This document shows positions 57,225-64,000 of a stretch of DNA of 64,000 nt, one piece after another. Source of the DNA: Eledone cirrhosa. Taxonomy: Eukaryota. A program made the position numbers and the translations under genes. Each line of letters opens with the position of its first letter. Position 1 is the stretch's first letter. The stretch covers positions 87,482,001 to 87,546,000 of the forward strand of contig OZ024746.1 of NCBI GenBank assembly GCA_964016885.1, read 5' to 3'. A model generated the notes under the pieces. That model did no database searches and was not told the DNA's origin. It was given only the letters and a program-made list of their open reading frames with translations.

Positions 57225-57500
57225 TTTAAAGTTCACCCAAGCTTGGGCCCGGTACTATACGCCCACAACAAAAATCAAACACGCATCTCATAACACCAAT
57301 GTAGCACAATTATATCACCTCAAATATTTCACCTCAATTGGCACTGTTCTCTTTAATATTACCCAAAATCACATTAAAAGAGAAACAGACTCCATAACGT
57401 TCAAGAGATCTTTGGACAAATTCCTTCAAGAAAACCCGGATAAACATACTACACCTGGAAATGTCTCCGTAAACAATAACTCTCTACTTGAGTGGGCCAT
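57225..57500 (+). mobile_element. CR1/L2-group LINE 3' remnant
   Basis: YFTSIGTVLFNI..IKRETDSITFKRSLDKFLQENPD..TPG..NNSLLEW. Confidence 0.7.
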
Positions 57501-57634
57501 GTTGTCCAAATTCTGATTTGACAGCCATCGCCAGGTGATGCTCTTAAGTTAGACATGTCCTACGGAACAAAAGCATTACACATCAGTAGTTTATCTCTGG
57601 TAAGTGATATTGAGCGAGGTATTCATGTATGAAA

Positions 57635-57811
57635 TAATCGTTTCTACTTTTGGCACAAGGCTAGCAATTGCCCAGTACATTACTGGTAATTTATTTTATC
57701 GACCCCGTAAGGATGAAAGGCAAAGTTAAACTTGAGATTTGAACTCAGACCGTAAAGAGACGCAACTGTGCTGGATACATGATGAACGACCTTCTACCGA
57801 TACTGCCAATT
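57635..57811 (-). mobile_element. tRNA-derived SINE
   Basis: Reverse complement of the SINE consensus. Confidence 0.8.
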
Positions 57812-58159
57812 CTCAAATAATGGTAATTACGACGGGATTAAATAACCATATTCCTGTTACTTGGTTATTCATGAGACTTCGTCAGATGCTTTTGCTATCA
57901 TTCGTGCAGGAATCTGTAACCTTGATTTACAGTTATTTCTAGAAATGAATAATAATATTGTGGACAAACTATTTCCAAACCTTTCTAATGTTGTGCCTTA
58001 ACCATCTAAGAGTATTCTTGAACAATCTTTATGTTACAAAAATATCTTCAAGTATGAATATGTTGAATGCCTATATGACCAGGTGTATTTCCAGTTTCTT
58101 TCCTCAACAATTCAGATACTTCTGGGTATTATTTATTATTCCAGGTTTAAATATAAATG

Positions 58160-58193
<34 letters not shown>

Positions 58194-58194
<1 letters not shown>

Positions 58195-58392
58195 TTATTA
58201 AAATAACAGGTTAAAGTTTAAGCAAATAATCGCTGCTTTCACCCTTAACGGGTAAAAGCACCGATTCTTTGCTTAAACTTTAATCTGTTATTTTAATAAA
58301 TATTTGCTCTACGGTTCTTATATATTTGATATATATTTATCCTTATCGAGCCCTCTTTGGATTTTAGTCTTCCAATTTATTATTATTACTAT
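58194..58392 (+). mobile_element. Family A fold-back mini-element (hairpin 58194-58300 plus tail)
   Basis: TTTATTAAAATAACAG..AAGCAAA..GCTTTCACCC-TTAAC-GGGTAAAAGC..CTGTTATTTTAATAAA; turns in the HHR stem II loop. Confidence 0.8.
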
Positions 58393-58406
58393 TATAATAT
58401 TATTAT

Positions 58407-58507
<101 letters not shown>

Positions 58508-58587
58508 TTTATATTTATAATATATAAATAAATATTTATATTTATAAATATATATATATATAAAATCTTGCTATACAAATTCAGAAA

Positions 58588-58659
<72 letters not shown>

Positions 58660-59559
58660 TGAGTGAGAGAGACAGAGATATAAGAATATTTGTATCTTTG
58701 TTTGTGTAATCTTGCCTGTATGAATGGCGGTTTTGGAAGCCTTAGCGGAACGATACATTCTTGTTATCTTTGACTGCAAGAAGCTTCAATTGAATATCCT
58801 CCAATGTAACAGAAATCAAGTTAACTCTCAAATCATGAATTGTTAATCTAATTATTTCATGAGAATATATATATTCTTTGTATGAATAAACATTATATTT
58901 CGCAAATTCTAAAAGAAAGTGTTCATATTGTGCTTTAGATAAAAAAAATGGTATTGTAGCCGAATTCATCAATATTAAATTGTAACTTAGCTACAAATTG
59001 CTAAATTAGAATGAGTGAAAAAGAAGATTTGCTTTAGAAATATATATTGGAATCATTGCTGTTGTCAATAATTATGCATTGTGTATTCCTCCTGATGAAA
59101 TCTAATTCTCATTTCTCACCAAATTTAATGTGTAAATTCCTGACAAACCGTTCTATTACAAACGTTATTGTTATTCTTTTGGTTCTAAATAATTGCCACC
59201 TGAATTTGAGATTTTTCTTTTATTCAAGAAAATAATGTTAAAGCATTACACAACTATAAACTTGCTTGCAATTTCCCAATATCATCACATAAATATGGAA
59301 GAAAGGGATTTTCCCGGGTAGTTCATGAGACACTAGAAATTGTACTTTGAATTGAAAGGATTTTAATAGAGTATTTCTGTTAGAAATGGGGAGACTATGA
59401 AAAACAATATATATATAAAAATGTTCTCTGTTTGAAATCAGATTTAGAAAACCCGAAAATTAATGAAGTAAGGACATTGTGAGATTACAGTTCCGATACT
59501 AAAAGAAAGTATGAATTTATAGCTTTTTGTACAACAGATTTTTATCAAACTCTGTAGCT

Positions 59560-59895
59560 ATCTCGTTTCGTAAATACGCATATTTCAATTGCGAATAAAC
59601 CAGAAATTCCGGTATCGTGTTTTACACAGCAGAGTACAGGAAGACAAGCAAATACCAGAGATTCTCCGGTTGCGTACTCTTTGCACCGGTCACTGTCGAG
59701 ATCTCAAGCATCCTCAGACCCTCTGTAAAATCAATCGCTAGCAGCCCGTAGGAGAAAGGAGTACCGCGAAATGGGTGGCTGTTTCAGCGTGTGTCGCTGG
59801 CCAATGTCCGCGAAAATTCCTGTGCCATTTTTCCGCGTGGAGCAATCGAAAGACCGAGGTGGCCTAGGTGTAGAGTCGGTCACCGTATACGCTTC
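59560..59895. promoter_or_regulatory. CpG-rich promoter/first-exon-like island
   Basis: Locally GC- and CpG-rich and non-repetitive; Ets-like TTCCGG, GGCCAAT box, YY1-like GCCATTTT. Confidence 0.35.
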
Positions 59896-60284
59896 ACTCT
59901 TTCATTTTTCTTTTGCCTAGAAACCTTTGCTCTTCCCATCCTCTCCCATTTACTATAATTTATGTCATTTATAGTCCTTTTTAATGCTGCTCTCTTTTGC
60001 TGTACATTTATATATCTGTACAGCGAAATAAAAAATAAATTTATAACAAATCTACACAATTTGTTACTTTGAAGAACATTGTCAAACACAAACAGAACTC
60101 ATAATAAGCTATCACGTTGGAAGAGAATATATCGAGATCAGCCAAACGCATTTATAAACATCTATTTGAACAAAATAAAATAATATATGGTACAGATGCA
60201 ATCTCGAAAATAAAAAAAAGAAAGAACTAATTTACATAACCGTGAACATCCTATTTGTCCCCATTCTAACTGTTTAACTTTAGC

Positions 60285-60320
<36 letters not shown>

Positions 60321-60344
60321 GTATATCTCTGTGTGTGTGTGTGT

Positions 60345-60382
<38 letters not shown>

Positions 60383-60523
60383 TATATCTCTGTGTGTGTG
60401 TGTGTGATATATATATATATATATATATATTATAAAGAAGAGAGACAGTTTTAAATGTACAATCTCTATTTATTATACTATAAATAATGGAGGTACAATT
60501 AAAACCGTTTCTCTTCTTTATAA

Positions 60524-61018
60524 TATTTGTTCTACTTTTGGCACAAGGCCAGCAATTACAGTTACTTTATTTTATCTACACCGTAAGGATGAAAGTCAAA
60601 CTTAACCTCGGCGGGATTTGAACTGAGAATGACAAGGGCCGTAACTCTATGCGTCAAAGCATGGCTTCCGACCCTCTACCGATACTGCCAATCCACCATG
60701 GCACTCCGTTTGATACCTTATTGTTAATACTTGAAAGAGCACAAGAAGTAAAGTCTTTTACGTCTCTTTACTATTGAAATCGGTACATTATTTGGTGAAC
60801 CACATATTCTTTACTTTAATAATAATAATAATAATATTAATTGTTTCTACATTTGGCACAAGGCCAGCAATTATCCAGTGTATTACTGGTACTTTATTTT
60901 CTCGCCCCCGTAAGGATGAAAGACAGAGTTTGCCTTGGCGGGATTTGAACTCAGATCATAAATGCCCGTAACTCTTTGCTGCGAAGCATGTCGTCCGAAC
61001 CTATGCCGATACTGCCAG
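60524..61018 (-). mobile_element. Two tRNA-derived SINEs (60524-60699 and 60838-61018)
   Basis: Reverse complement of the SINE consensus, twice. Confidence 0.85.
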
Positions 61019-61907
61019 TGTGTGTGTGTGTATAAAGTAGTATTGTTTTTATGAGTCATTGTGAGATATGTTATTATGAATGCTTCGAAAAATTTGGTAC
61101 ATTTATGCTTAGTATGGTACCATAGTATTTTACATTGAGAATGATAAATAATGGCTTATACTTTATATTTCATAATATCTCTAGGTTAGTTATTCTCGAT
61201 TAATTGAAGAAAATCGACAAGTTGCCTTCTTTAGGCTTGTTTTGTTATTGAATGGTGATGGAAATCGTTTAGTAGATAGGTGACTTGTGCATAAACATCA
61301 CTCTTATCACCGAAGCTATGATAAAAAAGAAAGAAAAAATAATGTTCACCTGTGTAGCCAGTCGTTGAAATTAGGTAGTGCTTATCAAAAAGATCAAAAA
61401 GGCCAAGTAAATATACGTCAAACTAAAAGTGCAGAGAAAACTGAAATGAATAAAAGACCACTGGCGAATGTGGTCAAAAATTGGAGAAGATAGTCAAAGA
61501 ATACTAGTATTTCCCTCAAATTCCAGAGACCTACGTTAGTGACGTCTTAGCTCTACCCCTTTGTGTCTCTATTTCTAGACAAACGTGTTCCTTTTCGGCC
61601 TCCACCTGTTTTGCCTATGCAGTTGATTATTCCAACCCGCAATCCCACTGCCACCAATGTTTTAGATGTAGTCTACCATTTCTGTATCCTCGTTCTCTCT
61701 CCATAGTCGTAAAAGCGTATTATTTTGTCAGAGCATATTTCCTTTTTTATCGAGTTTGCCTACTTTTTTAATATAAGAAAATAGATCGAATGAAGACAGT
61801 ATCACATTCCTACGATTTATATAGCTGTCTGTTATGCCGGTATTTAAAGAAATATATATATATATATATATATATTGTGTCTGTGTGTGTATGCGTGTGT
61901 GCGTGTT

Positions 61908-61946
<39 letters not shown>

Positions 61947-62990
61947 ACATGTGTGTGTGTGTGTGTGTGTGTGAGAGTGTGTGAGTGTGTGTGGGCGTGT
62001 GTGTTTCGATGTGTTCTGTACTCTCTGATACAAATCCAATGTTTTGCATAGAAATATCCCTACCTTCACATCCATACCTCTGCCTAATATATATCATGTT
62101 ACTTACTGTTTGTGCATACATTAATGTTTACAATAATTAATAGGAACAGAAATTGTCTGTGCATATTTGTAAACATCCATTTGTGATTGCAAACATCTCA
62201 TTGAATAAATATCTTGTATTTTTCGCTTACAGAGGAAATATACAAACATTTCTCTAATACTCAACAGACAGAACAGATGAATATATCTTCTTCAAATATT
62301 ATGTGTTATTATACTCACACTATAAACTTCTGTGCTTTAATTCAAGATCGCGTATTTCGCTTATAATATTATTGTTTATCTTTGTTCAAAGGGTTCTGTT
62401 ACTATATCTTATACGATATTAGCAAATACGAGTGATAATGATATATTGTAAATATAATCATTAGTATAAATAGCATAACTCCCAAGATAAGTTGCACAAT
62501 AAATTCAACAAAGGAAATAATCAATTTACAAATGTAAAATACTTACAAAATCAAAAACGTAAGTCGTTAAAGTGTTATTACGCTAGCTAAATTAGAGTGA
62601 AACAATGGTGTCAATCAATATACTAGGCATAGCAGAAAATATGTTTCTGAGATCTTTCACTTCTGTATTAAAACGGAGGAGGGTTTCTATGATAAGATAT
62701 GTTGCCTTTTATGTACGTAAAAAGCTATTATTTGAAGATGAAATTATTGTGCTTATAGGTTTCGTCTGTCAGCCTTATCATAGGCTAAAGACATCTACTT
62801 AGTAAACTAGATACACATATCTAGTCATTTATTAGGTATTTACAAATTACAAGAATATTTTTTATATGTCAAATGCACTGTTCAGTTGCATAAATATATC
62901 ACGTGTGTTGAAATCAAGCATTACACGGCCGGAATTTCATTAATCCCATGATAGATAAGTTTAGAAAATCAAAAACTGACTTCTTTTTCC

Positions 62991-62993
<3 letters not shown>

Positions 62994-63071
<78 letters not shown>

Positions 63072-63121
63072 ACTCTCTCTCTCTCTCTCTCTCTCACTCT
63101 CTCTCTCTCTCTCTCTCTCTC
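62994..63121. repeat. (CT)n microsatellite
   Basis: CT dinucleotide run. Confidence 0.95.
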
Positions 63122-63715
63122 GTTTCCAATTCATCTCTCTCATTACACATCTATCTCATTACAGCTCTACATGTCGCTCACCCTCATCATTGTTTTCATT
63201 TATCTTTTGCAGGTTGATATTGTTATGACAGAAAACAACAACGTTTTGATCGAACTCCTATGAGGATCGCTAACGTAGGATGGTTCTTGTGTGATTTAGA
63301 CTTACGAGAAGCAACTTCTTTCTTTCCACAAAGCTAACTGGGGAACAATATTGATGAAGAAATCCTCAAGCAAATTCGGACCAGCTATCTCTCTACGTAA
63401 TACATCAACATGAAAGTTGAGCATTTTATGACAATAGAAACAAAATACTATAAGTTTATTCCGAAAAAAGAAGGCCAAGAGACACAACAATATTATTGCA
63501 AGAGAGAGAAAGAAACATTATTAGACGTAGAACGGCAATCTCAAACCGGCAATTCATACAACTAAAAAACAAAAAAGGAATCCCATTTGAATTATGAACT
63601 ATTTGAAATTGAAACTAAAATTAGAATCTCCTATGAAAAGGAGAAATTCGAAGGAGAAGCTAGGAGTAGATAAAACATACAACAAACTCTAATGCATTAT
63701 TTAAATTCGATAAGA

Positions 63716-63873
63716 GCGGTGGATTGTCAGTATCGGTAGTGTGTCTAACACCATGCTCTCCGGGAAAGAGTGATGTCCCTTCCCGTTCTGACTTCAAATC
63801 CCGCCGAGGTTAACTTTGCCTTTCATCCTCACTGAGATAATTGCTGGCCTTGTGCCAAATGTAGAAACAATTA
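63716..63873 (+). mobile_element. tRNA-derived SINE (internal deletion)
   Basis: Head, TTCAAATCCCGCCGAGGTTAACTTTGCCTTTCATCCT, and GTAGAAACAATTA end. Confidence 0.85.
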
Positions 63874-64000
63874 ATTAAATTCGATATGCAATAGCTCAAT
63901 GATCCACATAAAATAGCTAAATGATCGCAGAGCCCCCAGGCGATAGGTTAGGTACTGATCAAGCAAACAAACAAGCATATGAAAATAAATGAACCAGATG

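Noticed and set aside
59760-59885. HDV-like ribozyme in the GC-rich island
   Set aside because: Could not assign the P1/P2/P3 nested pseudoknot pairings by eye
63213-63570. Candidate exon after the TTTTGCAG acceptor, and ORF 63302-63490
   Set aside because: In-frame stops and no recognisable domain on either strand

Overview
Eukaryotic, very AT-rich, repeat-dominated window with long (TA)n, (GA)n and (CA)n tracts. The SINE and microsatellite landscape suggests an octopus-like coleoid cephalopod (inference). No intact host gene could be supported, and most listed ORFs are microsatellite artefacts. Recognisable content: decayed Penelope-like retroelements (Naiad-type RT plus GIY-YIG, and one Neptune-type GIY-YIG), RTE and CR1-like LINE remnants, about 12 copies of one tRNA-derived SINE, Helentron/HINE-like and MITE-like elements, and one CpG-rich promoter-like island near 59.7 kb. 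The main hidden signal is about 30 type I hammerhead ribozyme (HHR) motifs in about 17 sequence families, all folded by eye. They occur in (i) Penelope pLTRs, (ii) tiny non-coding fold-back elements inserted in (TA)n, which turn at ribozyme hairpins or at the predicted cleavage site, and (iii) 320-630 nt tandem monomers resembling circRNA-forming retrozymes. Several families carry fixed non-canonical cores (U3-A8, A4, C4). Coordinates were read manually and may be off by a few nt.
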